The notes: generated by a model not told the origin, from the letters alone. Counted from the stretch's first letter, positions 19,473-30,185 are shown. The stretch is DNA of 64,000 nucleotides from Polyangiales bacterium (GCA_044229975.1 JBGARZ010000012.1:128001-192000), one strand, 5' to 3'. Program-made: numbers and translations.

Positions 19473-21392
19473 GTGAGATGGTTTCACGCACTGAGCGTCG
19501 CGGTCTTCGGTCTGGGTGTCGGCGTCTCTGCACAGGTCGCTGACGCCTCTCCAACGCGAGAGCAGTACCGCCTCTTCCGCGCGCTCTCCATCGACCTCCA
19601 GGGGCGCATCCCCACTTCCGACGAGCTCTCGGCCTTCGAGGCCCCCGGCTTCGACCTCGACGCCTGGATCGACCAGCACCTCCAGGGCCCCGCCTACGCC
19701 GAGCGCCTGCGCCGCGTCTACATGGACGCGCTGCGGCTCGAAGTAGGCCCGATGTTCAACTTCGTGAGCAACCCGATGGTGCTGCGACGCGTGCGCGTCA
19801 CCGCCCCCGACGGCACTCCGTCGTTCGTCTATTTCCGCCGTTCGCAGCGCCGCGACCGCGTCGAGTCCGACCTCGATTTCTGCCTCTCCCCCGACGAGAC
19901 CGGCGTCACCGTCGCCAGCAACGGAACCGTCTCCGGCACCGCCCGCGCCATCGATCCGGCGGTGTGGGAAGCGCGCACCGTCGCCGTCCGTCCGTGGTGG
20001 CTCTACCGCGACTACCGCAGCGCCTCGCCCACGCAGCGCATCGCCGCGGGCGACGGCTCCGCCATGACCCTCTCGCCCGTCACCGGCCTCTTCATGGACG
20101 CCGACGGGACCACTCCCACCACCACCATCCGCGTCTGCCGCGAAGAGGCCCAGACCGCCGAGCGCGGCGCCATCTACCTCTCCGGTCGCACCACCGCTCC
20201 GCCCCGCGCGCCTACGTATCAGGGCGGTCGCGTCACCGTCCCGCCGACGGACTCGGCGTATGCGCGCGCCCACGCCACGGCGATGGTGTCGTGCACGAGC
20301 GGTACGGGCGTCTCGATGAGCGACGACTGCGGTTGTGGTGTTGGACTGGAGCGCTGCATGCCGGGCGACTCGCTCGGCAACGACCCGCGGGCGTTCAACA
20401 TCCCGGACAATGTTCCGCTCGGGGCCGAGCAGGCGCTCGATAGTCGCGCGCAGACGCAGGGCGACTGGGTGCGCTTCTGGTGGGCCCAGGAGGCGGTGCA
20501 CTTCCTCGACGACCTCTTCGTGCGCGACCGCGACGTGCGCGGCCTGCTCAACGACCGCGGCACCGTCGTCAACGGCGCCGTCGCGCAGTTCTACCGGGGC
20601 TTCGCGGGCACCACCTGCTGCGGCAACGGGACGCAGTTCGAGTACGCCGAGCCGACCGCGCTCTTCGATCCGGCGCGTGTTCCGGCCAACCTCACGCCGC
20701 ACGACCTCACCACCTGGCAGCGCGTCGAAGACCGCGGTCCGCAGGCGGCGGGCCTCCTCACGACGCCCATCTTCCTCGCGAAGTACGGCACCCGCCGGGC
20801 GCGCGCGCACATCGTCTACAACGCGTTTCTGTGTCGGCAGTTCGTGGCGGAAAACGTCGCGCTCACGCCGTCGACCGAGCCCAACCTGATGCTGCGCTCG
20901 GGCTGCGCCGCCTGCCACGCCACGCTCGAACCGCTCTCGGCGTACTTCACCCGCGTCACCGAGTCGGGGTGGACCTTCCTCCCCGCCGATCGCTTCCCCA
21001 CGCTCAACCCCGCGTGCGCGCCGCGGAGCGGCAACTCCCCCAACGGCGGCTGCACGTCCTTCTACGACCCCGCCTTCGGCACCAACGGCATGGGCATGCT
21101 TCGCGGCGCCTACGGCTCCACCGCCCACGCCGATGAGGGCCCCGCCGGGCTCGCGCGCGCCGTCGTCGACACACCCGAGTTCGCCGCGTGCGTAGTGCAG
21201 AACGTCGGCGAGTCCTTCCTCGGTCGCTCCTTCACGGAGGAAGACCAACCGCTGCGAGAGAGCATGGCGACGGCGCTGCGCGAGGGCGGTTACCGCATGC
21301 GCGGACTGGTGCGGACGCTGGTGCGGGCCGACGCCTACCGCCACGCCAACAACCTCGCTTCGGGCGCCTGGCGCGAAGGAGGTACGCCGTGA
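19473..21392 (+). CDS. Exported DUF1549/DUF1585-like protein with a c-type heme motif
   Basis: AGGAGG RBS, signal peptide, RALSIDLQGRIPT, AGLLTT, RARA..VYNAFLC, CAACH and FAACVV motifs. Confidence 0.75.
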   Translation: MRWFHALSVAVFGLGVGVSAQVADASPTREQYRLFRALSIDLQGRIPTSDELSAFEAPGFDLDAWIDQHLQGPAYAERLRRVYMDALRLEVGPMFNFVSNPMVLRRVRVTAPDGTPSFVYFRRSQRRDRVESDLDFCLSPDETGVTVASNGTVSGTARAIDPAVWEARTVAVRPWWLYRDYRSASPTQRIAAGDGSAMTLSPVTGLFMDADGTTPTTTIRVCREEAQTAERGAIYLSGRTTAPPRAPTYQGGRVTVPPTDSAYARAHATAMVSCTSGTGVSMSDDCGCGVGLERCMPGDSLGNDPRAFNIPDNVPLGAEQALDSRAQTQGDWVRFWWAQEAVHFLDDLFVRDRDVRGLLNDRGTVVNGAVAQFYRGFAGTTCCGNGTQFEYAEPTALFDPARVPANLTPHDLTTWQRVEDRGPQAAGLLTTPIFLAKYGTRRARAHIVYNAFLCRQFVAENVALTPSTEPNLMLRSGCAACHATLEPLSAYFTRVTESGWTFLPADRFPTLNPACAPRSGNSPNGGCTSFYDPAFGTNGMGMLRGAYGSTAHADEGPAGLARAVVDTPEFAACVVQNVGESFLGRSFTEEDQPLRESMATALREGGYRMRGLVRTLVRADAYRHANNLASGAWREGGTP

Positions 21393-22126
21393 AGCGCACC
21401 GCAGTCCTCGCCGCGCTCGTCTTTACCCTCGGGTGTAACAACTCCTCCGCGCCGACGGTCGCACCCGCGGTCGACGGTGGCGCCTCGCGGCCCAACCAGA
21501 TCACCCCGACGCCGGTCACGGAGATTCCCGGCCACGAGTCGCTCGCGCAGGACCACACGCCCAAGGAGCCGCCGCGGCTCATGCCCGCCGAGACGCTCAT
21601 CCGCAGCTACCTCACGCTCTTCGGTGGACTCAGTCCGCAGGCGCTCCAGGTGCGGCTGCGCGGCACCGACGGCGCCAACCTCTTCGACACCTGGGCGGAC
21701 TACCTCTCGGCGTTGGGAGTCCCGGACTACGCGGTGGACATCCCCCGCGCGCCGCAGACCAACACGCTCATGCTCGCGGCCTTCGAGCGCATCGGCGTCG
21801 CCCTCTGCGAGCGCGCCGTGCAGGCCGACCTCCGCGGAACCGTCGCCGTCGCCGACCGGGTGCTCTTCCGCTTCGAGCTCCCGGCGGGCAACCGCGCGCT
21901 CACCGACGAGGAGTTTGGCGCGCGCTTCGACCTGCTCCACCGTCGTGTGCTCGGCTACCCCGCCGCGCTCGCGCCGGAGGGGCGCATCCCGCGCTTCCGC
22001 ACGCTCTACCGTGACGCGGTCACCCGCCACGCCGACGCCGGCACGCGCACCTTCAACGGCCCCGAGGCCGGCTGGGCGAGCGTGTGCGAGGGCCTCGTGC
22101 GCCACCCCGAATTCCACCTCTACTGA
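21389..22126 (+). CDS. Lipoprotein of the DUF1501 operon
   Basis: GTG start overlapping the upstream stop; lipobox TLGC; C-terminus WASVCEGLVRHPEFHLY. Confidence 0.75.
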   Translation: MKRTAVLAALVFTLGCNNSSAPTVAPAVDGGASRPNQITPTPVTEIPGHESLAQDHTPKEPPRLMPAETLIRSYLTLFGGLSPQALQVRLRGTDGANLFDTWADYLSALGVPDYAVDIPRAPQTNTLMLAAFERIGVALCERAVQADLRGTVAVADRVLFRFELPAGNRALTDEEFGARFDLLHRRVLGYPAALAPEGRIPRFRTLYRDAVTRHADAGTRTFNGPEAGWASVCEGLVRHPEFHLY

Positions 22127-22139
22127 AGGAACACCGACC

Positions 22140-23501
22140 ATGGACAACCGTCGACGAACGTTCCTGAAGGTGTTGGGCAGTGTCGGGGCCGCGGGCTTCG
22201 CGAGTCAGCCGCTCTTGCGCGCGTTTGCTGATCCGCCGGTGGCGAGTGACGAGTTCTTCGTGCTCATCCACGCGAGCGGCGGCTGGGACGTCACGCTCTC
22301 GCTCGACCCGCGCAACGAGCGCCGCGGGCTCATCGAGCCGGGCAGCACCGACACCATCGACACGGCGCCCATCCGCCTCTGGCGCGACGCTCCGCTCGAC
22401 GCGGACAGCAGCACCTTCGAGATCATCCAGCCCGCGGGCTCGTCGCTGCGGCTCGGCCCCGCCATCGGCCGGCTCGCGGAGATGCCCGACCGGCTCACGG
22501 TCATCAACGGCCTCGCGATGAACACCGTCAGCCACACGGACGGGACGTTCTTCGCGGCGACGGGGAGACACCTCGCGGGCGGCAAGCCCGTGGCGTCGAG
22601 CATCGACACCATGCTGGCCAACGAGTTCGGCAGGGAGACGCTGCTGCCCACGGTGTCGGTGTCGTACCCGTCGACCTACGTGGGCGACGACCTCGACGCG
22701 CGCGTCGCGCCGCTGCGGGTGAGCTCCGTCGACACGCTCTCGCGCATGCTCAACCGCAGCAACGTCAACACCACCGCGGCCGACCGGCTGGCGGTGACGG
22801 CGCTGCTCACCGAAGAGGCCCGCGAGCTCGGCGCGCGGTCGTGGTACCGCGAGGAGATCGAAGGCATGGGGCTACAGCTCCAGGCGCTGCCGCGGATGCT
22901 CTCGCCCGACGTGCAGCAGATCTTCAACGCATCGGCGCTGGCCATGGCGCAGCCGACGTTGTCGTCGTCGGGGATGCGCTTCCAGGGGCGGGCGGCGGTC
23001 AACTGCGCCTTCGCGGTGGAGGCGATGAAGCGCAACCTCGTGCGCTGCGTGAGCTTCGCGTCGGCGTCGCACGACACGCACAACAACAACTACCGCAACC
23101 AGGCCCTCATCCAGCAGGAGCTGTTCGACACGCTCGCGGCGCTGGTGCGCGCCCTCGACGCGGCGCCGCACCCGACGCTCATGGGGCAGCGCCTCGCCGA
23201 CCACACGCACATCCTCGTGGTGAGCGACTTCTGCCGCACGCCGCAGATCAACCTCACCATGGGCCGCGACCACTACCCCAACGGGTCGGCGCTGGTGATC
23301 TCGCCGAAGTTTCGCGGCAACACGAGCTTCGGCAGCGCCGACGCCGAGCAGATGCTCCCCGTCAACGCCGGGATGTTCGCGGACGGCACGCGCCCGGTGG
23401 CGCCGCCCGACCTGCTCGCGACCTTCGTGTCGGCCTTCAACGTCAACCCGCGGAAGTACCTCCGCGACGGCGACGTGATCCGCTCGCTTCTCCGCGCATG
23501 A
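22140..23501 (+). CDS. Tat-exported DUF1501-family (sulfatase-like fold) protein
   Basis: MDNRRRTFLK twin-Arg signal; GGWD, HDTH, SDFCRTP and GRDH motifs. Confidence 0.85.
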   Translation: MDNRRRTFLKVLGSVGAAGFASQPLLRAFADPPVASDEFFVLIHASGGWDVTLSLDPRNERRGLIEPGSTDTIDTAPIRLWRDAPLDADSSTFEIIQPAGSSLRLGPAIGRLAEMPDRLTVINGLAMNTVSHTDGTFFAATGRHLAGGKPVASSIDTMLANEFGRETLLPTVSVSYPSTYVGDDLDARVAPLRVSSVDTLSRMLNRSNVNTTAADRLAVTALLTEEARELGARSWYREEIEGMGLQLQALPRMLSPDVQQIFNASALAMAQPTLSSSGMRFQGRAAVNCAFAVEAMKRNLVRCVSFASASHDTHNNNYRNQALIQQELFDTLAALVRALDAAPHPTLMGQRLADHTHILVVSDFCRTPQINLTMGRDHYPNGSALVISPKFRGNTSFGSADAEQMLPVNAGMFADGTRPVAPPDLLATFVSAFNVNPRKYLRDGDVIRSLLRA

Positions 23502-25375
23502 GGAGTCCTCACTGGTCACGGTGGTGCTTCGCCGCGCTGCTCGTCGTGGGCTGCGGCGACGCGTCGATGGACCCGTCGAGCGACGGCGCCGTCGTGGCGG
23601 CGAGCGACGTGGCGCCGGAGCCCGTGATGGTTCAGTCCCTCAACTGGAACGCCGCGATGACAGAGCTCGGGACCATCACCGCGGTGGTGGATGCGGGCGA
23701 CGACGTGGTGGTGTTTGGCGAGCGCGGGATGCAGTGGCTGTCGGGCGGCGCGGTGCTCGCGCGCGACATGCGGGCGATGATGTGGCGCGACGCGGCGAGC
23801 GTCCCGGCGGGCGACGGGACGGCCGCGCGCTGGGTGCTCGCGGTGGACGGCGCGGGTCACATCTGGCGCGTGCGCGATCGGATGACGCTGGAAGACGTGA
23901 CGGGTCGCTACGGATTAGGCGACCTCACGGTGCGCTCGGTGGCGGCGCTCGACGAGACGCGCACGGTGTTTGGGACGGACACCGGGTTCGCGGTGGCCGA
24001 CGGGATGCGCGTGCTGCGGTGGAATGATCCGGCCTTCGCGACGGTGATCGCGGGCGGCGGAAAGGTGGCGACGCGCACCATGACGGGCGTGCGGGCCTTT
24101 GGGGTGATGACCCAGCGCTTCGTGGACTACGCCGTGGCGGGTGCGAGCGCGGCGGCGGTGGACGGCGACGGACGCCTGGTGGTGGGCACCACGGCGGGCG
24201 GGCTGTGGCGTGAGGGCGCTGATGGTGCGCTGTCGGTGGCGGCGCCGACGACGACGGGCGCGGTGCGCTCGATCGCGCGGGCGGGCGCCAACCTGTGGGT
24301 GATCGCGGGCGGGTCGTTGGGCGTGTTCGACGCGACGGAGGGCGTGCGGCTGGCGACGGGCGTGACGGTGGCGGAGGGCTCGCGGTTGGTGGGTTCGCCC
24401 AACGGGAGCGTGTGGGTGCTGGGAGAGGGACGGCTGTCGCGCTACGCGCTGACGGTGGACCCGCGGGTGCACCAGTGGGAGCAGGAGGTACGGCCGATCT
24501 TCGCGAGGCGGTGCACGCCGTGCCACCTGCCGGGCGGGACGGCGAACGTTCCGCTGTCGCGGTACGCGAACTGGATCGAGTCGGTGGATGAGATTCGACG
24601 CGCCGCGGTCACGGAGCGACGGATGCCGCCGGCTCCTGGGATGCTGACCGAGGAGGAGCGGGCCACCCTCGCGCGCTGGTTGAACGGAGGCGCCGACGGT
24701 GGGGCAGACGCGGGCACGGACGCGGGTGCGGACGGTGGCTCCGAGGCGGGGACAGACGCGGCGATGATGGACGTGCCGCGGATGGATGGCGCGGCGGATG
24801 TTCCGAGGGTGGACGTGCCGCGGGTGGATGTTCCGCGCGACACGAGCGTGGTGGACAGTGGGCCGCGCGATGCGGGCGCGATGGATGCGGGGGTGCGCGA
24901 CGCGGGCGTGGCGGACAGCGGGCCGCGTGACGTGGGCGCGACGGACACGGGAGCGCGCGATGCGGGCGCGACGGACGCGGGAGCGCGCGATGCGGGCGCG
25001 ACGGACACGGGGCCGCGCGATGTGGGCGCGACGGACACGGGAGCGCGCGATGCGGGGAGCGGGTTTGCGGCGGTGTATCCGATCATCCAGCGGGCGTGCG
25101 TGAGCTGCCACGGGGCCTCGGGGGCGCTCAACATGTCGACGGAGTCGATGGCCTACACGAACCTCGTGGGGACGGCGGCGATGGGCGGGTCGTGCGGGTC
25201 GTCGGGGCTCGCGCGGGTGGTCGCGGGCGACGCGATGGCGAGCCTGCTGTACCTGAAGATCCGCGGTGGGACGGCGCCTCCGTGTGGGAGCGCGATGCCG
25301 CGCGGCGCGGCGACGTTGCCGAGCGCCGACATCGCCACGATCCGCGACTGGATCGAGGCGGGCGCCGCGCGCTGA
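23498..25375 (+). CDS. Lipoprotein: beta-propeller plus two c-type cytochrome domains joined by a low-complexity linker
   Basis: Lipobox VVGC; CTPCH...MPP and CVSCH...MP motifs; DAG/DTG tandem linker. Confidence 0.8.
   Translation: MRSPHWSRWCFAALLVVGCGDASMDPSSDGAVVAASDVAPEPVMVQSLNWNAAMTELGTITAVVDAGDDVVVFGERGMQWLSGGAVLARDMRAMMWRDAASVPAGDGTAARWVLAVDGAGHIWRVRDRMTLEDVTGRYGLGDLTVRSVAALDETRTVFGTDTGFAVADGMRVLRWNDPAFATVIAGGGKVATRTMTGVRAFGVMTQRFVDYAVAGASAAAVDGDGRLVVGTTAGGLWREGADGALSVAAPTTTGAVRSIARAGANLWVIAGGSLGVFDATEGVRLATGVTVAEGSRLVGSPNGSVWVLGEGRLSRYALTVDPRVHQWEQEVRPIFARRCTPCHLPGGTANVPLSRYANWIESVDEIRRAAVTERRMPPAPGMLTEEERATLARWLNGGADGGADAGTDAGADGGSEAGTDAAMMDVPRMDGAADVPRVDVPRVDVPRDTSVVDSGPRDAGAMDAGVRDAGVADSGPRDVGATDTGARDAGATDAGARDAGATDTGPRDVGATDTGARDAGSGFAAVYPIIQRACVSCHGASGALNMSTESMAYTNLVGTAAMGGSCGSSGLARVVAGDAMASLLYLKIRGGTAPPCGSAMPRGAATLPSADIATIRDWIEAGAAR
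24850..25056 (+). repeat. 30-bp coding tandem repeats (about D-[AST]-G-x-R-D-[AV]-G-A-T)
   Basis: Repeated GACACGGGAGCGCGCGATGCGGGCGCGACG-like units within the CDS. Confidence 0.85.
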
Positions 25376-25562
25376 CCTACGAGGCTTGAGCCCGCAACGG
25401 TCAGGCCCGCGGTCACCGGGCCCACGCCGTAGCGTCAACGCGGCGTGGGCCTCCGCGCGAAAGCATCGGCATCAGGCCGCCGCGACCCGCTGTCGTCCAT
25501 CTGTCATTGAGCTTCCATCATGCCCGTGGTGGTCGCTCCCAGGCGCGATACCATCGCGGTCG

Positions 25563-27563
25563 ATGTCGTCGCCGACCCGCCTCGCCGCGTTCGGTCTCCT
25601 CGCGTCGCTCTCGTCGGGCTGCGGCCTCCTCATCGAACCCGCCATCCCATGGAACCGCCCGTCCGCCGACCTCGGCGCGGATGCTCCTGCCGACGCCGTC
25701 CTCGACGCCCCCGCGCCCGACGTCGCGCTCGATCGACCCACCGACATCCCGTCGCTCGACGCGTCCGCCGACGTCCCCTCTGGTGACGCCACCGACGTCC
25801 CTCCCACGCTCGACGTCCCCGATGCGCCCGACGTCCCTTCCACGCTCGACGTCCCCGATGTCCCCGATGTGCCTCCCGTCTTCGATGCGCCCGACGTCCC
25901 CGACGTGCCCGATGTCCCTGATGTGCCTCCCGCCGTCGATGTCCCCGACGTGCGCGACGTGCCCTGCATCGCGGTGCCGCGGTTGAAGTTTCCGCTCACG
26001 GGATCGGTGGTCACCACCACCACCCCGACGCTCCGCTGGCTCCACCCCAACTGCGGAACCCCCATTCACATCGAGATCTGCACCGAGCGCTCCTGCGCCA
26101 TGCCGCGCCTCGACACCACGCCCTCCACGCCCGGCGCCTACCGCGTCCCCATCGACCTCGACCAGACCCGCACGTACTTCTGGCGCCTCCGCTACGGCGT
26201 CGGCCTCACGTCGACCACCCCGACGTGGACCTTCCGCGTCCCGCACTTCGACATCACGCGCCCTCGCACGCCCACCGCCTGGGGGCGCATCCACGATGGC
26301 AACGGCGATGGGTACGCCGACCTCGTGATGGGCGTCCCCGTGCCCACGCGGCTCGGCCCCGTCGCGCGCGCGGGCACCGTCCTCGTCTGGCGCGGCGGCC
26401 CCTTCTTCACCTCGCCCACCACCCTCCTCGACACGCCCCTCACCGTCGCCCCTCCGTCCACCGGACCCGACGCAGCGCGCGGCTTCGGCGCGCTCGTGTC
26501 GAGCGCGAGCGACGTCAACGGCGACGGCCTCGGCGACCTCCTCATCGCCAGCCGCAACGGTGACGCCGCCGTGTGGCTCGCCGACGGCGGAACCTACGTC
26601 CAGACACCGGGCTACAACGTTCTCCCGACGCTGCCCCCCGCCAGCCTCGGGGTCTCGCTCCCGGCGGTCCCCGTGACGGGTCTCGGCGACTACGACGGCG
26701 ATGGCTACGCCGACGTGGCCTACACCCGCTTCGACCCCGGCGGCGCCAACGCGCAGCTCAACCTCAGCTTCGGCGGAGCGCGCCCCACCGTCGGCGGATC
26801 GGTCACCGTCGGCGGCTTCTCCGACGGGCGCATCCCCGGCTTCCTGCTGGTCGCGGGCGGTGACATCAACGGCGACGGCCGCGCCGACCTCCTCTCGGGC
26901 GAGCCCGGTCGCCTCAACACCGCGACCTCGGGGCGCGTCGTCTACTACCTCGGCAACGAGTCGCGCTCCCTCGGCGGGCGCTCCATCGAGGTGGCCGACC
27001 GCTCCTTCGGCGCCATCGTCGCGGGCGGCATGGACGTCGACGGCGACGGCCGCGCGGACGTCGTCACGCTCACCGCCTCGCCGTCCCTCGTGCGGGTCTA
27101 CGGCTGGGACGCCGACAGCGCGCGCCTCGTGCTCCGTCAAACGCTCACGCTGCGCGACGAGTTCACGCGCATCACCACCGCGGGCGACCTCGATGGCAAC
27201 GGCTACGGCGACGTGCTCGCGTGGAGCACCACCGGCGTTCAGCAGGTGCTCTTCGGCGGCGCGACGGGCCTCCAGCCCTCGGACAGCGCTCGCTACTCGG
27301 CGCTCGCCAACGGCATCGCCGCCGTGGCCTGCGCCGGCCCCCTCGATGACCGCGGCCCCGGACTCCCCGGCGACGACCCCAATGGCACCGACGACCTCAT
27401 CACCGTCTGGCTACCGCCCATCCTGGGGCCGCGCGCGTCGTTCGCGCAGCTCCTCCAGATCGCCGAGCTCGATGGAGGGTTTCGCTGGCTGCTGACCGAG
27501 GGGCGCTCGCTCTCCATCCCGGCCGACGCCGAGGCGGGCGTGTCCATCGTCAGCGCCTGGTAG
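25563..27563 (+). CDS. FG-GAP/integrin-like repeat lipoprotein with a DVP-repeat stalk
   Basis: Lipobox SSGC; multiple DxNGDGxxD Ca-binding repeats. Confidence 0.85.
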   Translation: MSSPTRLAAFGLLASLSSGCGLLIEPAIPWNRPSADLGADAPADAVLDAPAPDVALDRPTDIPSLDASADVPSGDATDVPPTLDVPDAPDVPSTLDVPDVPDVPPVFDAPDVPDVPDVPDVPPAVDVPDVRDVPCIAVPRLKFPLTGSVVTTTTPTLRWLHPNCGTPIHIEICTERSCAMPRLDTTPSTPGAYRVPIDLDQTRTYFWRLRYGVGLTSTTPTWTFRVPHFDITRPRTPTAWGRIHDGNGDGYADLVMGVPVPTRLGPVARAGTVLVWRGGPFFTSPTTLLDTPLTVAPPSTGPDAARGFGALVSSASDVNGDGLGDLLIASRNGDAAVWLADGGTYVQTPGYNVLPTLPPASLGVSLPAVPVTGLGDYDGDGYADVAYTRFDPGGANAQLNLSFGGARPTVGGSVTVGGFSDGRIPGFLLVAGGDINGDGRADLLSGEPGRLNTATSGRVVYYLGNESRSLGGRSIEVADRSFGAIVAGGMDVDGDGRADVVTLTASPSLVRVYGWDADSARLVLRQTLTLRDEFTRITTAGDLDGNGYGDVLAWSTTGVQQVLFGGATGLQPSDSARYSALANGIAAVACAGPLDDRGPGLPGDDPNGTDDLITVWLPPILGPRASFAQLLQIAELDGGFRWLLTEGRSLSIPADAEAGVSIVSAW

Positions 27564-27667
27564 CTTCGACTCCCCATACAGCTCAGGTCGCGAGTCGGCG
27601 TATAAGACCCGACCGCCTCGTCGAAGCCCTCGTCACCCTCACTCTCTCGCACCGGAGCGTCGAGCCC

Positions 27668-28207
27668 ATGAGCCTCACCCGTCGCAACCTCCTCCTCGCC
27701 CTCGCGGGCGCCTCGGCCATCTCGGCCGCCGGGTGCACCATCACCGCGGAGATTCCGCAGATCCAGGTGCAGAGCCTCCGCTTCACCGGCGCCGACGGCA
27801 ACGGGCTGACGTTCCAGGTCGACTTCATCGCCTTCAACACCAACACCTTCGCGCTCGACCTCCAGGACATGCGCGCGCACCTCTTCCTGGAGGGCAACGA
27901 CGTCGGCGCCGGCGTGTCGGCCCTGGCCGCGCAGATTCCCACCGGCCGGTGGACGCCCGTCTCCGCCACGATGACCGTCCCGTGGGGCGGCGCGCCTGCC
28001 TTCCTCGCGGCGGCGGCCGGGTCGCCGATGGTCAACTACACCCTCCGCGGCGAGGTCACGGTGCAGCACTACATCAGCGTCCGCGCCCCCTTCGAGACCA
28101 GCGGAACCGTCCCCCGCGACTTCCTCATGCGCGGCGCGACGGGCGCCATCAACAACGTCATCAACTCCGTGCTGCCAGGCTTCGGCGGCATCCGCGTCGG
28201 GCCGTAA
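27668..28207 (+). CDS. LEA type 2 (WHy) family lipoprotein
   Basis: TRRNLL Tat-like signal, lipobox AAGC, and an N.NTFALDL beta-sandwich pattern. Confidence 0.7.
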   Translation: MSLTRRNLLLALAGASAISAAGCTITAEIPQIQVQSLRFTGADGNGLTFQVDFIAFNTNTFALDLQDMRAHLFLEGNDVGAGVSALAAQIPTGRWTPVSATMTVPWGGAPAFLAAAAGSPMVNYTLRGEVTVQHYISVRAPFETSGTVPRDFLMRGATGAINNVINSVLPGFGGIRVGP

Positions 28208-28262
28208 GTCCCGCCAGAATCTATCGCTTCACGGGTCGGCCGCGGGATGCTGCGCGGCACCT

Positions 28263-28787
28263 ATGCCCATCCTCATCGGACTCGGTTCTCTCCTCGGCCT
28301 CTTCGTCGTCTACGTCGCGACGCGTCCCGGCGCGTTTCGCATCGAGCGCTCGACCACCATCGACGCCTCACCCGCGAAGGTGTTCGCCCTCATCAACGAC
28401 TTCCACGAGTGGGCGAAGTGGTCACCGTGGGAGAAGATCGACCCGTCGATGGCGAAGACCTACGAGGGTTCGGAGGCGGGCAAGGGCGCCGTCTACCGCT
28501 GGTCGGGCGACAACAAGGCAGGCCAAGGGGTCATGACCATCCTGGAGAGCGCCGCTGACTCGCGCATCGAGATCGAGCTGGCCTTCCTCAAGCCGTTCCA
28601 GGCGACCAACAAGGCCATCTTCACGCTCGAACCCGAGGGCTCCGGCACCAAGGTGTCCTGGGCCATGGAGGGCAACCGGGCCTTCGCCATCAAGGCCTTC
28701 AACGTCTTCATGGACATGGACAAGCTCGTCGGAAACGACTTCGAGAAGGGCCTCGCGAGCATGAGGGAAGCCGCCACGACGGCTTGA
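28263..28787 (+). CDS. SRPBCC (polyketide cyclase-like) family protein
   Basis: FRIERSTTIDA...W.KWSPW...G.GAVY.WSG...FLKPF...DFEKGL. Confidence 0.88.
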   Translation: MPILIGLGSLLGLFVVYVATRPGAFRIERSTTIDASPAKVFALINDFHEWAKWSPWEKIDPSMAKTYEGSEAGKGAVYRWSGDNKAGQGVMTILESAADSRIEIELAFLKPFQATNKAIFTLEPEGSGTKVSWAMEGNRAFAIKAFNVFMDMDKLVGNDFEKGLASMREAATTA

Positions 28788-28790
28788 ACC

Positions 28791-30185
28791 CTACGGCGCT
28801 GGCACCGGCGCACGGCCCAGCGTCTCGTCCATCGAAGCCAGCTCACCGACCGCCGCCGCCCACACTTCGACAACCTGGTTGATCGCGCGCTCGTCGAGCA
28901 CCGCGAGCGTGTCGTTGGCCGTGTGGTGGTGATCGAAATACCGCCGCATGTCCTGCGAGAGGTCGACGCGCGGAACCCCCGCCGGAACGAGCGGCGACAG
29001 ATCGGCCCCACCGTGCGCGGGCTCGTCGCGCTCGCGAACGCCCAGCGGTGCCAGCGCCGACGCCACGCGGTGAAACGCCGCCCGGTGCGTCGGGTCGCCC
29101 GCGTAGCTGATGGCGTAGACGCGACCGTCACCCGCGTCGGCCTCGATGGAGGCGACGTGCCGCGGGAGCTCCTCGCGGTGAGCCTCGGCGTAGGCCCGCG
29201 CGCCGAAGATGCCCACCTCCTCGCTCGCGAAGAGCACCACGCGAAGCGTCCGTCGCGGCGGCCGAGCCGTCATCACCCGCTGCGCAGCGGCGAGCACGAT
29301 GGCGACCCCGGCGCCGTCGTCGAGGGCGCCCGTTCCGAGGTCCCACGAGTCGAGGTGCGCGCCCAGCAAGACCACCTCCTGCGGCAACTCAGAGCCCGTG
29401 ACCTCACCGACCACGTTGGCGCTCTCAGCGTCGGGCAAAGTCCTGCACCCGAGCGTGAGCCGGAAGCGCACCGGCGCCTCGGCGGTGGCCGCGCCCATCA
29501 GCCGGTGGAGCGTGTCGCCGTCGGCCGTGGAGAGCGCCGCCGCGGGGATGCGGGCGACCGCGTCGTCGTAGCGCATCGCGCCGGTGTGGGGGGCGCGCGA
29601 GGCGTCGGTTCCGATGGAGCGAACGAGCACGGCGACGGCGCCCTTGCGCGCGGCGGCGACGGCGCTGCGGGTGCGCGCGCTGACGGCCTCACCGTAGCCC
29701 GACCCGTCGCGGGTGCGGCGCATCACGCGGTGCACGTAGACGATGCGACCGCGCACGGCGGACTCCGCGAGGGCGTCGATGGCTTCGAGCGAGTCGACCT
29801 CGACGACGGGTGCCTCGATGCCATCGGGCGGTGTCGCGACGGAGCCGCCGAGGGCCGCGAGCGCGACGGTGTGAGAGAAGGGCGCGGTGATCTCGCCGAG
29901 CCCGACGCCGCGCTCCCAGTGGGTGACGCGAGCGAGCTCTGCGTGGACGTTGGCGAAGCCGAGCGAGCGCATGGTGCGAAGGGCCCACGCGACGGCGCGG
30001 GCGTCGCCGGGGGAGCCAGCGAGGCGGGGGCCGACCTCGTCGGAGATCGAGCGCACGAGCTCCGGGGCGATGGACGGCGGCGACACATGCCGAGCGCGCG
30101 ACGCACGCAGCGACGCGAGCGGAGCAGCGGGGCGAGCGGCGCAGGCCGAGAGCGCGAGGGCGAGGAGCGGAGCGGTGAGTCGCAT
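28791..30185 (-). CDS. M28 family metallopeptidase (carboxypeptidase Q-like) lipoprotein
   Basis: Lipobox LSAC; GPRLAGS, GAHLDSWD, GALDDGAG, SEEVG and HHTAND motifs. Confidence 0.9.
   Translation of the reverse strand: MRLTAPLLALALSACAARPAAPLASLRASRARHVSPPSIAPELVRSISDEVGPRLAGSPGDARAVAWALRTMRSLGFANVHAELARVTHWERGVGLGEITAPFSHTVALAALGGSVATPPDGIEAPVVEVDSLEAIDALAESAVRGRIVYVHRVMRRTRDGSGYGEAVSARTRSAVAAARKGAVAVLVRSIGTDASRAPHTGAMRYDDAVARIPAAALSTADGDTLHRLMGAATAEAPVRFRLTLGCRTLPDAESANVVGEVTGSELPQEVVLLGAHLDSWDLGTGALDDGAGVAIVLAAAQRVMTARPPRRTLRVVLFASEEVGIFGARAYAEAHREELPRHVASIEADAGDGRVYAISYAGDPTHRAAFHRVASALAPLGVRERDEPAHGGADLSPLVPAGVPRVDLSQDMRRYFDHHHTANDTLAVLDERAINQVVEVWAAAVGELASMDETLGRAPVPAP

Noticed and set aside
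25420..25451. GGCCCACGCCG...CGGCGTGGGCC hairpin as a terminator
   Set aside because: No U-tract; GC-rich stems of this size arise easily, so it was not called.
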